IMG/VR virus record: IMGVR_UViG_3300046314_000148
Location: 1-64,000 of that record
Strand: one strand, 5' to 3'
Length of the DNA stretch: 64,000 nt
Source of the DNA: a virus
In this document: piece after piece, positions 1 through 10,148 of the stretch
Position numbering within the stretch: the stretch's first letter is position 1
Layout: the number at the start of each line of letters is the position of its first letter
Position numbers and translations under genes: made by a program
The notes under the pieces: generated by a model
What the model was told of the DNA's origin: nothing
The model's input: the letters and a program-made list of their open reading frames with translations, nothing else
The model's database searches: none

Positions 1-519
1 ACTGGGAATTCTTTCAAGGAGACCTTGTCACACGACTCTGATTTCCGTAACGTTGGTTACACTTCGAACGGTCTAGAACTACAGTTCCAGCCAGACTTCG
101 GTGAAGTCCAGGTTGACCAGGTTCTTGACGTTGCAAAGCTTTACAAGCAGGGTATGCAGGTTAACCTGAATACTACATTTGCAGAGTCTACACTTGAGAA
201 CCTATTGTTCTCACTTGCAGGCAAGGATAGCGATCTATCTACTGTTGCAGGAAACCCTACACTAAACCTTTCAGCTGGTGACATTGGAGAATGTCCAGTT
301 GAGCGTGGTCTAGTTGCAGTTGGTCCTGGTACAGGTGACTGTGAAATTGGTAGCTCTCTAGAGCGTGTTTACGTTGCATACCGTGCACTTTCAATCGAAA
401 GCGTTACAGTATCAGCTAAGCGTGACGAAGCAACAATGTTTGAGGTCTCATTCAGACTCCTACCAAATGACTCAGCGTCATACGGTAAGATCGTAGACCG
501 CACCATCCCAGCTTCATAA
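1..519 (+). CDS. Major tail (tube) protein, 3' part; the gene begins before the window
   Basis: Frame is open from base 1; NVGYTSNGLELQFQP...FEVSFRLLP resembles actinophage tail tube proteins; lies upstream of the chaperones and tape measure. Confidence 0.8.
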   Translation, partial: TGNSFKETLSHDSDFRNVGYTSNGLELQFQPDFGEVQVDQVLDVAKLYKQGMQVNLNTTFAESTLENLLFSLAGKDSDLSTVAGNPTLNLSAGDIGECPVERGLVAVGPGTGDCEIGSSLERVYVAYRALSIESVTVSAKRDEATMFEVSFRLLPNDSASYGKIVDRTIPAS

Positions 520-540
520 AAACTAAATAACAATTTAATA

Positions 541-576
541 GCAAGCCGTCCAGTTTAAAAGCTGGGCGGTTTTGCA
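541..576 (+). terminator. Intrinsic terminator after the tail tube gene
   Basis: GCCGTCCAG...CTGGGCGGT hairpin followed by TTT. Confidence 0.7.
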
Positions 577-578
577 TT

Positions 579-587
579 TGGTATACT
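579..587 (+). promoter_or_regulatory. Extended -10 promoter (TGGTATACT) giving a leaderless mRNA
   Basis: TATACT is exactly 6 nt before ATG 594. Confidence 0.65.
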
Positions 588-593
588 TGTAGG

Positions 594-1277
594 ATGGCAA
601 CTAAAATATACGAATCAGAAATCATCTATACCATGGACAATACCCCTATATACATGACACCTCTAAAAATCAAATACCTACGACAATTCCTAGAAGAGTT
701 TGATAATGTCAAGAAGGCAAAAGATGATGATGAGGCAATCGAGAGATTAACTATCTGTGCAAAGATAGCAATGCAGCAGTATAGGCCAGACCTCAAGACC
801 GTTGAGGATGTAGAAGACAACTTCGACCTAAAGACAATATATAAAATAATTAATATAGCTGCTGGCATTAAGATAGATAGCGATGAAGAAGAGCAGCCAG
901 TTGCGAAGCAGGCAGAGGACAGCGGAGCCACTTGGGAATCTTTGGACCTAGCAAAGCTAGAGGCAGAGGTGTTTCTGCTTGGTATCTGGAAAGATTACGA
1001 AGAGCTAGAGAGCTCCCTTTCAATGTCAGAGCTAACCGCCACGCTCACTGCAAAAAGAGAAATAGATTATTCAGATAAAAAGTTTCAGGCATCGATTCAG
1101 GGCATCGATCTAGACAAGAACGTTGGAAAGAAAGATGCTTGGGAAGAGATGAAGGCTAGAGTGTTTAGCGGAGGGCAGACAGCAGATCCAAACGACGTAT
1201 TGTCATTCCAAGGGGTCAATGCACAAAAGGCAGGCTTCGGAATTGGCATGGGACTTAGCTACGAAAAAATAGACTAG
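594..1277 (+). CDS. Tail assembly chaperone, long (GT-like) form
   Basis: Between tail tube and tape measure; N-terminal half aligns by eye with the 1334-1642 product. Confidence 0.7.
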   Translation: MATKIYESEIIYTMDNTPIYMTPLKIKYLRQFLEEFDNVKKAKDDDEAIERLTICAKIAMQQYRPDLKTVEDVEDNFDLKTIYKIINIAAGIKIDSDEEEQPVAKQAEDSGATWESLDLAKLEAEVFLLGIWKDYEELESSLSMSELTATLTAKREIDYSDKKFQASIQGIDLDKNVGKKDAWEEMKARVFSGGQTADPNDVLSFQGVNAQKAGFGIGMGLSYEKID

Positions 1278-1293
1278 AACAGCCATCTTCGTA

Positions 1294-1302
1294 TGGTATA
1301 AT
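1294..1302 (+). promoter_or_regulatory. Extended -10 promoter (TGGTATAAT)
   Basis: Consensus TGnTATAAT in the intergenic gap. Confidence 0.65.
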
Positions 1303-1333
1303 TATCTAACCTACTAAAATGAAAGAGGAACAA

Positions 1334-1642
1334 ATGTCAATTACAATTAGCGAAGAGACTACTGTAAAGCTACTAGACGGAACAGAACTAAACCTTAGAC
1401 CACTAAAGCTCTCACTGCTTAGACCATTTCTAAAGAAGTTCGCTGAAATTCAAGAAGTAGCGGAAGATGACGACAAGTCAATGGACCTATTGCTTGACTG
1501 TGTGGTTATTGCTCTCGAGCAGTTTAGCCCAGAGCTTGCAAAGGACCGTGCCAAGTTGGAAGACATTCTAGATCTACCAACAGTTTACAAGATTGTTGGA
1601 GAGGCATCTGGAAACGCTGCACTCCTACCATCAAATAACTAA
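1334..1642 (+). CDS. Tail assembly chaperone, short (G-like) form
   Basis: SD AAGAGGA before ATG 1334; paralog of the N-terminal half of 594-1277; directly precedes the tape measure. Confidence 0.7.
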   Translation: MSITISEETTVKLLDGTELNLRPLKLSLLRPFLKKFAEIQEVAEDDDKSMDLLLDCVVIALEQFSPELAKDRAKLEDILDLPTVYKIVGEASGNAALLPSNN

Positions 1643-1668
1643 TAATTTAAAAAGGGAAGTGCTAGTTA

Positions 1669-4600
1669 ATGACTGAAAACGTACAGTCAGACATAATCAT
1701 AAATGTTGATACCTCCGTAGGTATCGCAGAGATTAAGCAACTACAAAGGCAGATATCTTCCCTAAATGCACAGCTCATGTCGAGCGGTGCAGCTCAAGCA
1801 AAATCAGCACAGAACGTACAGCGTAACCTATTAAACAATATTAACGCTACTGGAGATTTTGCAGCACGAGTAAAAACAATTGCTAGCACCACAGAAACAT
1901 TCACCACCAGGCTTGAGAAAAACAAGATGGGTATGGGTGAGTACTTCAGATATGCAGGTGCATCAAGCAAGACCTTTGGAAAGTTATTCAGAAATGAATT
2001 TGACACGATCGAAAAGGTTGCTCGTGAACGAGTAAAGACACTACAGACACAATATATAAAGCTAGGTCGAGACGCAAATGGTGCACTAAAAGCCATTTCG
2101 GTTCGGCCTTTAGCTTTAGACATGGAAAACCTAGCAACAAAGACTGCTATGGCTGCACAGAAGCAGCAGCTAATGAATCAGCTCTTGAAGCAGGGATCTA
2201 CAAACCTTCTAAACTTCGGTAAGAACACTCAGTGGGCTGGTAGACAGCTTATGGTTGGTTTCTCCATCCCATTGGCAATGCTTGGCTCCGCTGCTGCAAA
2301 GACATTCATGCAGATGGAAGAGCAAGCCATCAAGTTCAAGCGTGTTTACGGAGAAGCATTTACCTCGACCGCAGAAACAGACAAGATGCTTGACCAGGTC
2401 AAGAGGCTTGCTAACGAGTTTACAAAGTATGGTGTTGCAGTAGAAGATACCATGAAGATGGCTGCTAATGCTGCTGCTATGGGTAAGCAAGGTGCAGATC
2501 TTCTTGCACAGGTCAACGAAGCCGCCAGACTAGCAGTACTTGGTGGGGTAGAGCAAGAGCAGGCTCTAGAAACAACAATATCTCTTACCAATGCATTTGC
2601 TGTTTCCGCAGAAAATCTAGCTGGTAAGGTTAACTTCCTAAACGCAGTTGAAAACCAGACTGTAACCTCCATTGAGGATCTAACCATTGCCATTCCAAAG
2701 GCTGGTCCAGTTGTTCAGCAGCTTGGTGGAGACGTAGAAGACTTAGCCTTCTTCCTAACAGCGATGAAGGAAGGTGGAATCAACGCATCCGAAGGTGCTA
2801 ACGCACTTAAGTCAGGTCTTGCATCTTTGATCAACCCAACAAAGAAGGCATCAGAAATGCTTGGTGCCATGGGTATAAACATTACTGGAATTGTTGAGGC
2901 CAACAAGGGTGACGTTAAGGGAACTGTAGTTCAGTTCGCAAAAGCCCTAGACACACTAGACCCACTGAACCGTGCCCGAGCAATCGAGCAGCTATTTGGA
3001 AAGTTCCAGTTCTCTCGTCTATCGACTTTGTTCCAGAACGTTATTGCCGAGGGTAGCCAAGCGTCAAAGGTGCTAAGCCTCACTAACGCTACTACTCAAG
3101 AGCTAGCAATCCTATCAGAACGAGAACTGAAGCGTGTTCAAGATTCTCCAATGTACAAGTTTAAGAAGGTAGTAGAAGACCTTAAGGTATCTCTAGTACC
3201 ACTGGGAGAGGCATTCCTGAAGGCAATCACTCCGCTGGGAGAATTCGTAAAGGGCTTCCTAGATAAGTTTAACTCTATGGGCGATGGAGCCAAGCAGTTT
3301 GCAGTTATTGCAACTACTGTTGTTGCTGGTATCGGACCAGTACTACTTATGACCTTTGGTCTTATTGCTAACGGTGCAGCAAACTTAATTAAGCTATTCC
3401 TTGGTGTTGGTAAAATCTTCCAGAGAACTGGCAAGGGATCTCAGACGCTAGGCTCCCAGACAGAGTACATGACTCAGCAACAGCTCGAAGCAGCCGCTGT
3501 AGCAGCCTCACTCGACCAGACTCACGGAAGACTAATCCAAACATTCTCGTCGGAGACCAAGGCCGTTAATGCTTTGGCTACGGCATATGCCAGAGCAGTA
3601 GTCGCACAGTCTAATCTTGCTGGTGTGCCAATCGGTGCCGCTGCAGCAAAAACAAAGGGCACAAGAGCCAAGAAGTATGCTTCTGGAGTTGTATCTGTTC
3701 CAGGTCCAAAGGGTGCTGGCGACGTAGTCCCTGCAATGCTGTCACCTGGAGAGTCGGTAATTCCAGCAGACATGACCCAGAAGTATGCTCCACTAATCAG
3801 CGGCATGGTAAATGGGAAGATCCCAGGATTCGCTGAGGGAGTATTCAACTTTGGCGGTAAAGAATTTAAGGTTGCTTCTCAGGGAGGCGTGTACTCTCTA
3901 GAAAAGGCAGTGCAGCTTCTCCTATCTAAGAATATTCCGCAAGAATCAATCATGGAGAAGCTGGAATATTACCAAGAAAAGTCGATACTAAAAAATTCCG
4001 CAGAGCTAAATGCAAAAAATATTTTAAGAAAGTTTGGATTTAAGACTAATGGTGAAAAGGATACCAAGAGAGGATCTGGAAAGAGTGCCTCTACCGAACA
4101 GGTAAGACTCCTTGGCCAACCAGCACAAATAGAGTTCGATGAAGAAAGAAAGTATCTAAGGAAAAAGCTAAAAGAGCTTGGTCTCTCTTTAACTGATGAC
4201 CAGATAAAGAATCAGCTCCAGTTGCAGGCATCTCACATTAGAGAAGACTTGAATGCGGATGGATCTAAAAACTGGCAAAACATGAAAAACCTTATTCCAG
4301 ATCTGGGATATATAAACGGTTACATGAAAGACCTCAGCACTCCAGGCAACAAGTTTGTCCTAGAGCTAAGAAAGCTAGCTAAAGAAAATCCAAAGGCCCT
4401 TGCCGCCAAGGGCATTGACATAAAGCTTCTAGATAGACTCATTACCAATACTCACCCAACTACAAAAGCAGAAGTAGCCACCCTAAGAGCTATTGCACAA
4501 GAGCACGTAAGGTTCCTAGGACCTTCTGGAAAAAATATCTATAGACCTTTGATGGTTGACATGGGTCTAGAGTACCGTCAGCAGACTGGTCACTACAATA

Positions 4601-7600
4601 AGCCATCTAAAACATATCACGATAGACTACTTTCTGGTCAATTTAAGAATAGAAATCTTTTAAAGGCTGCTCAAGAGGCAGATGCTAAGAAGCCAAGCAA
4701 AAGACCGCAAGGTGTAACTCCTAGAGGAAAAGCTGCCCCAGTAAGTCAGACCGTAAAGAAGGCTCCAAAGCCAAAGGGCCACAGCCTACAACAAATCATA
4801 CAAACTCCAATTATGACAAGAGGGCGTATCAGGGGATACGCAGATGGAGTAGTTGAAGTCCCAGGTCCAAAGGGAGCTGGAGATGTAATACCTGCAATGC
4901 TTTCTCCAGGAGAGTCTGTCATTCCTGCCAAGATGGCAAAGAAGTATGCCCCACTTATTTCTGGAATGATTAAGGGCAACCTCCCTGGATTCTTCGGCGG
5001 CTTCGACGCCAACTATGACCCTAAGACAGATCCTATGAATGAGATGTCTGGCTACATGCTAGATGCTCCTCCAGGAAGCGACCCGTTTGACTCGAAGTCT
5101 GCCATTGGATCAAATGGAATGCTTTCAGCCCCTCCAGGATCAGATCCATTTGGAACCAGCGGATCCTTTGACGACTACGAAAAAGAAAACAAAAAGATGG
5201 GCGGCAAATTCGTAGATGGCATGAAGGAGAAGCTGGGCCCAGCAGCAAAACAGTTTGGTAAGAACGTAAGCTCTGAGATGGCATCTGGTGCCAAGGCTGT
5301 TGGTAAAAATATTTGGGATAGAGCTAAGAAGGGTGCTCAGGAAGCAGGTGCTAGAGCACTATCATCTACTACCCTTGGCCAGAAGATGTCTGGCGGAGCA
5401 GGCATTACCTCTCAATCTGGAAAGACTTATGTCGCTGGAGCAGAAGTTAGAACAGACAAAAACGGTGTTCAGTATGGATATATTCCAGGTGTAGGAAAAA
5501 CCTCTGTAGAAAAGGCCCAGGCTGCGTCTAAAGATCCAAACGCTGCAAAACAAAGTGCTAGAGATAAGTTCGGGGCCAAGGCTCAAAAGGTTGGAATGAT
5601 TGGTATGGCTGGCAGCATGGCCGTATCTGCAGCCACACTTCTACCAGGAGAAGCTGGAAAGACTGCAGGAGACTTAGCACCACTGTTGCTCGGTCTTTCA
5701 TCGCTGGCAATGATTGTTCAGGGTCCTATAAGTGCTGCATTTGCAACCCTTGCAGCTGCTGTTGCCCTACCGCTATACGCAATGTTTAAATCAAACGAAG
5801 CCTTTGATCAGGCACAGGAATCTGCCCTGGCACTTGGCGAAGCGATGGGTGTTGGCAGCGGTGCAATTGTAAAGTTTGCAGAGTTTGCTGGAAACGTAAC
5901 TTCTAAAGAAGTTATGGATAGACGTAGGTCCGAGGGCTTCAGCGGATTCCAAATAAAGAGTGGCAAGAATACTTTTGGAAAGTCATTCTTAGGGTCCGAT
6001 GCTGGCAAGGCATTGCTTGACAATACACAAAAGACAATTAAGTCTGGTGGGGACAAGGCTGCTATAAGTCAAACAACCGCCCAGATGGCTACAGCCATAA
6101 GCTCTGGAGCAATGTCAGCCGCACAGGCTAGATCTGTTGTCGCACAACTTGCAGAAGAAATGGGTGACTACAACTTCGGAATACAGGTAAATTCTGAGCT
6201 AATGTCTTTGATTGGCCCAGACGGAGAAAACCTACTTACCGATCCACTAGGCGTTCGACTTAAAATGCTAGATGCTAAGCAGGGAGACATCAAGGCATCA
6301 GTAGAGAACATGAACAAGATTGCCGAAAAGGGCTTCCAGGGAACTGGGGCAGCAATCGGTGGTGCAATCGCTGGCGGCCTTGCAGGTGCTGGTATTGGTG
6401 CCGCTATTGGTGCCGCCCTAGCTCCAGCTACTCTGGGCCTATCCGTTGGTATTGGTGCTGCTGTGGGTGGTCTTGTTGGAATTGTTTCTGGTGGGATCAC
6501 TGGTGCAATTGCAGGAAATGAAGAGCATATCAAGGATCTTGGTTTGGCTTCTGCTGCAACTGTTGCAATGCAAAAAATGGCACTAGAGCAACAGCAAGAA
6601 ATTTCAGACTCTCTCGAGATGGAATATGAAAAGAGAATTGCAGCCGCAGAGGCAGCAGGGGACCTTGTTAAAAAGGAAGAGCTTCTTGGAAAACTTGCAG
6701 CAGCAAGAGTAGCCATAATGAACAAGAATAAGGGTCTTAATGAGCAAATCATTGGCTCATACAAGAATGCAAAAGATGACGAGCTACGGTCAAAGATGCA
6801 GTCTGGTGCAGAAAAGGCAGTAAAGAATACGTATAAGGGTACTGCCATGGAAGACGTAGCAGCCTATGCACAAAATTCACTCATGGATAGCAACATTGCC
6901 CCAGAACAAAAGTATCTTCTTACACTAGACATGTCTACAGGGGCGATAAACCCAAGTCAGATGATTGACATTCTTAGCATGTCAGAAAAGTCAAGAAACA
7001 TCGTAATTGGTATAGCCACAACCTATGGCGGTGCCACTGCAGGAGAGGTTACAAGCCTAACCTCACTATTCGTTGACCCAGTCACGAAGAAGCCAATTGA
7101 AAGCATTCAGACAGACTTCTTGCTGAAGATTCAGCAGGCAAAGACTCCAGAAGAGTTTAAGGACACTATGGAATTCTACAAGAAGGTGTCTCAGTCTGGA
7201 GCTGTCCTCAATACTGCGGTAGTCACTGACTACCTATTGAAGAACCCAGATGCTGCAGAGCGTCTAGATACCATGTTCGACAAGCTGAGAGACACTAAGG
7301 GTAAGATAAATCTAAAAGTTCTTGCAGATGTAGTTGGTGCAAAAGAGATAGCGGCAATCAATAGTGATCTCACATACTTCGAGAAGCTGAGCGACGATGA
7401 AAAAAAGGTATATACTCAAGTCCTAGCTACTACCCTACAGACAACAACCATCGCAGATCCTAAGTTCAAGAATTGGCTAAGCTCTGCTGGATCTAAGTTT
7501 AAGAATGCTTCAGACGCAACTCAGCTACAAGCATACGGTACTTGGAATTCCAGGGCAGTAACCGACCAGGTAAAGGCAGATGGCAAGGTTGATGAATTCC

Positions 7601-9507
7601 TAAGCCCTACCCCAACACCAACTGGTGGAACCAAAGAAAAGAATCCGCTAGATGATATCCTGTCCAGACTAAAGATGGTTCGTGATGCAAGCATAAATGC
7701 AACAGGTGGAATCAAGGAACTTCTTCGAGTTGTTGGCAAGAAGGGTGAAAAGAATATTGCATCATTCACTGGTATAGAACAAAACCTAATTAAGCGAGAC
7801 AACGTGTCTAGCTCATTCATGGACTTCTACGACGGCCTAGACGAAAAAGCAAAGAAGACATACGTATCTATTTCTGGTAGCGGTGCCAAGGCTGTTGCTA
7901 GACTGACTGATGATGGTAGAAAGGTGCAGGCTGCTCTTCGTGAAATTTCTATTGGAGATTTCCAGAGTGGGCTAGTTAAGCAAAAGCAGGACCTGGTAAA
8001 TTCAGCAAGGGCCTTCAGCATGTTGAAGTCAGCTGGTATGACATCAGCCGATGCACTAGAGGTTTCTAGGGATGCAGAGTTGGCAAATGCTATTGCAACT
8101 AAGGCAAATGCTAAGGAAGTCCTAGACCTTGTTAATGCATATAAGGCACTAGCAAATGCAGCAACAGCAGCAGATAAGTTCCAGAAGGCATTCGACGAGG
8201 CTAATGCTGCTTGGGATGCAAAGAGAAACAAGATCGAGCTAGATTTTGAGATCAACACAGAGGCTCTCCAGCAGGCAGTTACAGATGCTCAGAATGAGAT
8301 TGCAAAAAAGACTAATGAGGCTGGTGGGTTAGATGACCTACAGGCTGGTCTTACAGAAATTGGCTGGGCAGAAGATGAGATTAACAAGAAGTATGATCTA
8401 AGATCTGAAGCTCTAGATAGAGTTGCAAAGGCTAATGACAAGATTCTTGCATCACAAAAGGGACAGCTTACTATTGCTGATGCACTTTCTCGTGGAGATA
8501 TTTCTGCTGCAGCAGTTGCTATACAGGACCAAAGAGCTCAAGAGTCACAGAATGCTATTCAGTCTCAAAGAGACCTCATGGACAACGCCCGTAAGGCAGA
8601 GCTTAGTGGAATCACTACAACAGTAAATGGTGTAAAGATGACTAGAAAAGATATCGAAGCAAAGATCCTTACAATTGAAAAGGAAATATTTGCAATTGAG
8701 GAGAAGCGTCTTGAGCCAGCAAATGAAAGCATTCGACTCAAGGAAGTTGACAAGGCAGTAGCACTAAAGTCTCTAGACCTGCAAGAGCGTGAGTGGAGAA
8801 TTCTACAAAGCGATATTGATCTAGCTGCAACCGCTGCTTGGGACTATGTTGCTGCACTGGCTGCTGCAAAGGGGCTAGCTGCTCAAGCAGTTATCGATGC
8901 TAAGGATCCACTAGCACCAGTTGGTGACTCGAGAAATGCCCCAGGGTCTAACGCATCAACCCCTACCACTACTAAGGCTCCAGTCACTAAGGCCCCTGCT
9001 GCTACAACTAAGGCTCCAGCTGCTAAGGCAAAAGCTACAACTACTACTGCAGCTGCTCCAAATCTTGCGGCTAATCAAACTTCATTCGTAGATGCTACTG
9101 GTAAAACTGTTATAGCAACAAAGACTGCTAGAAGAGGCACTGGAGTCTATAATGGATCACAGTTCGTTCCAGCAGTTTATGACACTGTATATACCTACAA
9201 GGCTAAGGGTGGAATGATTCAAAACTATCTTGCTAATGGCGGATCCCCACTTGCCAAGGGTACAGATACAGTTCCTGCCATGCTAACTCCTGGAGAGTTT
9301 GTAATGAGTAAATATGCTGTAGATAATTTTGGTGTAGAAAACATGAAGGCTATTAATAGCGGAGCTTCGATTGGCAGCACAGTGTATAATAGTTATGACC
9401 TAAATGTAAATGTACGCTCCGACGCAAATCCAAACGAAATTGCTAGAGCAGTAATGGCACAGATAAAGCAGGTAGATTCTCAAAGAATTAGAGGAGTAAG
9501 GCTATAA
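1669..9507 (+). CDS. Tape measure protein
   Basis: 2612 aa, Ala/Gly/Lys-rich and helical; TP901-type core (GINASEGANALKSGLASL); hydrophobic segments; position in the tail module. Confidence 0.95.
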   Translation: MTENVQSDIIINVDTSVGIAEIKQLQRQISSLNAQLMSSGAAQAKSAQNVQRNLLNNINATGDFAARVKTIASTTETFTTRLEKNKMGMGEYFRYAGASSKTFGKLFRNEFDTIEKVARERVKTLQTQYIKLGRDANGALKAISVRPLALDMENLATKTAMAAQKQQLMNQLLKQGSTNLLNFGKNTQWAGRQLMVGFSIPLAMLGSAAAKTFMQMEEQAIKFKRVYGEAFTSTAETDKMLDQVKRLANEFTKYGVAVEDTMKMAANAAAMGKQGADLLAQVNEAARLAVLGGVEQEQALETTISLTNAFAVSAENLAGKVNFLNAVENQTVTSIEDLTIAIPKAGPVVQQLGGDVEDLAFFLTAMKEGGINASEGANALKSGLASLINPTKKASEMLGAMGINITGIVEANKGDVKGTVVQFAKALDTLDPLNRARAIEQLFGKFQFSRLSTLFQNVIAEGSQASKVLSLTNATTQELAILSERELKRVQDSPMYKFKKVVEDLKVSLVPLGEAFLKAITPLGEFVKGFLDKFNSMGDGAKQFAVIATTVVAGIGPVLLMTFGLIANGAANLIKLFLGVGKIFQRTGKGSQTLGSQTEYMTQQQLEAAAVAASLDQTHGRLIQTFSSETKAVNALATAYARAVVAQSNLAGVPIGAAAAKTKGTRAKKYASGVVSVPGPKGAGDVVPAMLSPGESVIPADMTQKYAPLISGMVNGKIPGFAEGVFNFGGKEFKVASQGGVYSLEKAVQLLLSKNIPQESIMEKLEYYQEKSILKNSAELNAKNILRKFGFKTNGEKDTKRGSGKSASTEQVRLLGQPAQIEFDEERKYLRKKLKELGLSLTDDQIKNQLQLQASHIREDLNADGSKNWQNMKNLIPDLGYINGYMKDLSTPGNKFVLELRKLAKENPKALAAKGIDIKLLDRLITNTHPTTKAEVATLRAIAQEHVRFLGPSGKNIYRPLMVDMGLEYRQQTGHYNKPSKTYHDRLLSGQFKNRNLLKAAQEADAKKPSKRPQGVTPRGKAAPVSQTVKKAPKPKGHSLQQIIQTPIMTRGRIRGYADGVVEVPGPKGAGDVIPAMLSPGESVIPAKMAKKYAPLISGMIKGNLPGFFGGFDANYDPKTDPMNEMSGYMLDAPPGSDPFDSKSAIGSNGMLSAPPGSDPFGTSGSFDDYEKENKKMGGKFVDGMKEKLGPAAKQFGKNVSSEMASGAKAVGKNIWDRAKKGAQEAGARALSSTTLGQKMSGGAGITSQSGKTYVAGAEVRTDKNGVQYGYIPGVGKTSVEKAQAASKDPNAAKQSARDKFGAKAQKVGMIGMAGSMAVSAATLLPGEAGKTAGDLAPLLLGLSSLAMIVQGPISAAFATLAAAVALPLYAMFKSNEAFDQAQESALALGEAMGVGSGAIVKFAEFAGNVTSKEVMDRRRSEGFSGFQIKSGKNTFGKSFLGSDAGKALLDNTQKTIKSGGDKAAISQTTAQMATAISSGAMSAAQARSVVAQLAEEMGDYNFGIQVNSELMSLIGPDGENLLTDPLGVRLKMLDAKQGDIKASVENMNKIAEKGFQGTGAAIGGAIAGGLAGAGIGAAIGAALAPATLGLSVGIGAAVGGLVGIVSGGITGAIAGNEEHIKDLGLASAATVAMQKMALEQQQEISDSLEMEYEKRIAAAEAAGDLVKKEELLGKLAAARVAIMNKNKGLNEQIIGSYKNAKDDELRSKMQSGAEKAVKNTYKGTAMEDVAAYAQNSLMDSNIAPEQKYLLTLDMSTGAINPSQMIDILSMSEKSRNIVIGIATTYGGATAGEVTSLTSLFVDPVTKKPIESIQTDFLLKIQQAKTPEEFKDTMEFYKKVSQSGAVLNTAVVTDYLLKNPDAAERLDTMFDKLRDTKGKINLKVLADVVGAKEIAAINSDLTYFEKLSDDEKKVYTQVLATTLQTTTIADPKFKNWLSSAGSKFKNASDATQLQAYGTWNSRAVTDQVKADGKVDEFLSPTPTPTGGTKEKNPLDDILSRLKMVRDASINATGGIKELLRVVGKKGEKNIASFTGIEQNLIKRDNVSSSFMDFYDGLDEKAKKTYVSISGSGAKAVARLTDDGRKVQAALREISIGDFQSGLVKQKQDLVNSARAFSMLKSAGMTSADALEVSRDAELANAIATKANAKEVLDLVNAYKALANAATAADKFQKAFDEANAAWDAKRNKIELDFEINTEALQQAVTDAQNEIAKKTNEAGGLDDLQAGLTEIGWAEDEINKKYDLRSEALDRVAKANDKILASQKGQLTIADALSRGDISAAAVAIQDQRAQESQNAIQSQRDLMDNARKAELSGITTTVNGVKMTRKDIEAKILTIEKEIFAIEEKRLEPANESIRLKEVDKAVALKSLDLQEREWRILQSDIDLAATAAWDYVAALAAAKGLAAQAVIDAKDPLAPVGDSRNAPGSNASTPTTTKAPVTKAPAATTKAPAAKAKATTTTAAAPNLAANQTSFVDATGKTVIATKTARRGTGVYNGSQFVPAVYDTVYTYKAKGGMIQNYLANGGSPLAKGTDTVPAMLTPGEFVMSKYAVDNFGVENMKAINSGASIGSTVYNSYDLNVNVRSDANPNEIARAVMAQIKQVDSQRIRGVRL
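3676..5001 (+). repeat. Internal ~55-aa repeat in the tape measure (3676-3843 and 4837-5001; partial third copy ~9259-9306)
   Basis: YASGVVSVPGPKGAGDVVPAMLSPGESVIPA vs YADGVVEVPGPKGAGDVIPAMLSPGESVIPA vs GTDTVPAMLTPGEFVM. Confidence 0.9.
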
Positions 9508-10148
9508 TGGCAACCCAAGAATATTTGGACGGTAGAAAGAAGTACGCTCGTCCACAAGCCATGATGTGGTCTACCCAACCTCCACAGATACTAGATGGCA
9601 AGTATGTTCCGTATGGTCTAGAGGTAAATGATAATGTGGACTCAGTGTCCGATGAATCGCTTAAGGATCAGTTTCTCATTCTATCCGATGACAATCGAGA
9701 GTCCCTAGGTTTTTCTGTCGAAAGAATCGAGTCTCGCAAAAGAATGGTAAATGGGCAAATGCGTTCATACCACATTGCAGATAAGCTAAACATAGCCACA
9801 TCCTGGTCAATGCTACCTTCTAGAGGGTTTGCAACATACCCAAACTTTAATCTAACTACTGGGCAGCCTAACCCAGCACTGACTCAGCAGCAGATGGTAA
9901 CATCAGATGGCGGTGCAGGTGGGGTAGACATGCTGAGCTGGTATGAAAATCATAAAGGATCTTTTTGGGTTTACCTTTCATATGATAAGTATACAGAGTT
10001 TGAAAGAGATGGTAACCGCTACCTGAGATTAGCAGAATACCCACAGGCAATAGAGATGTTCATCTCATCATTTAGCTATGACGTTGTAAAGCGTGGAGGT
10101 CACAACCACGATCTCTGGAACATATCGCTTTCGCTGGAAGAGGTATAA
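9507..10148 (+). CDS. Minor tail (distal tail-like) protein
   Basis: Translationally coupled to the tape measure (TAATG); position. Confidence 0.6.
   Translation: MATQEYLDGRKKYARPQAMMWSTQPPQILDGKYVPYGLEVNDNVDSVSDESLKDQFLILSDDNRESLGFSVERIESRKRMVNGQMRSYHIADKLNIATSWSMLPSRGFATYPNFNLTTGQPNPALTQQQMVTSDGGAGGVDMLSWYENHKGSFWVYLSYDKYTEFERDGNRYLRLAEYPQAIEMFISSFSYDVVKRGGHNHDLWNISLSLEEV

Noticed and set aside
594-1642. Programmed frameshift joining the two chaperone ORFs
   Set aside because: The ORFs are separated by a stop, a promoter and an SD, and the second duplicates rather than extends the first
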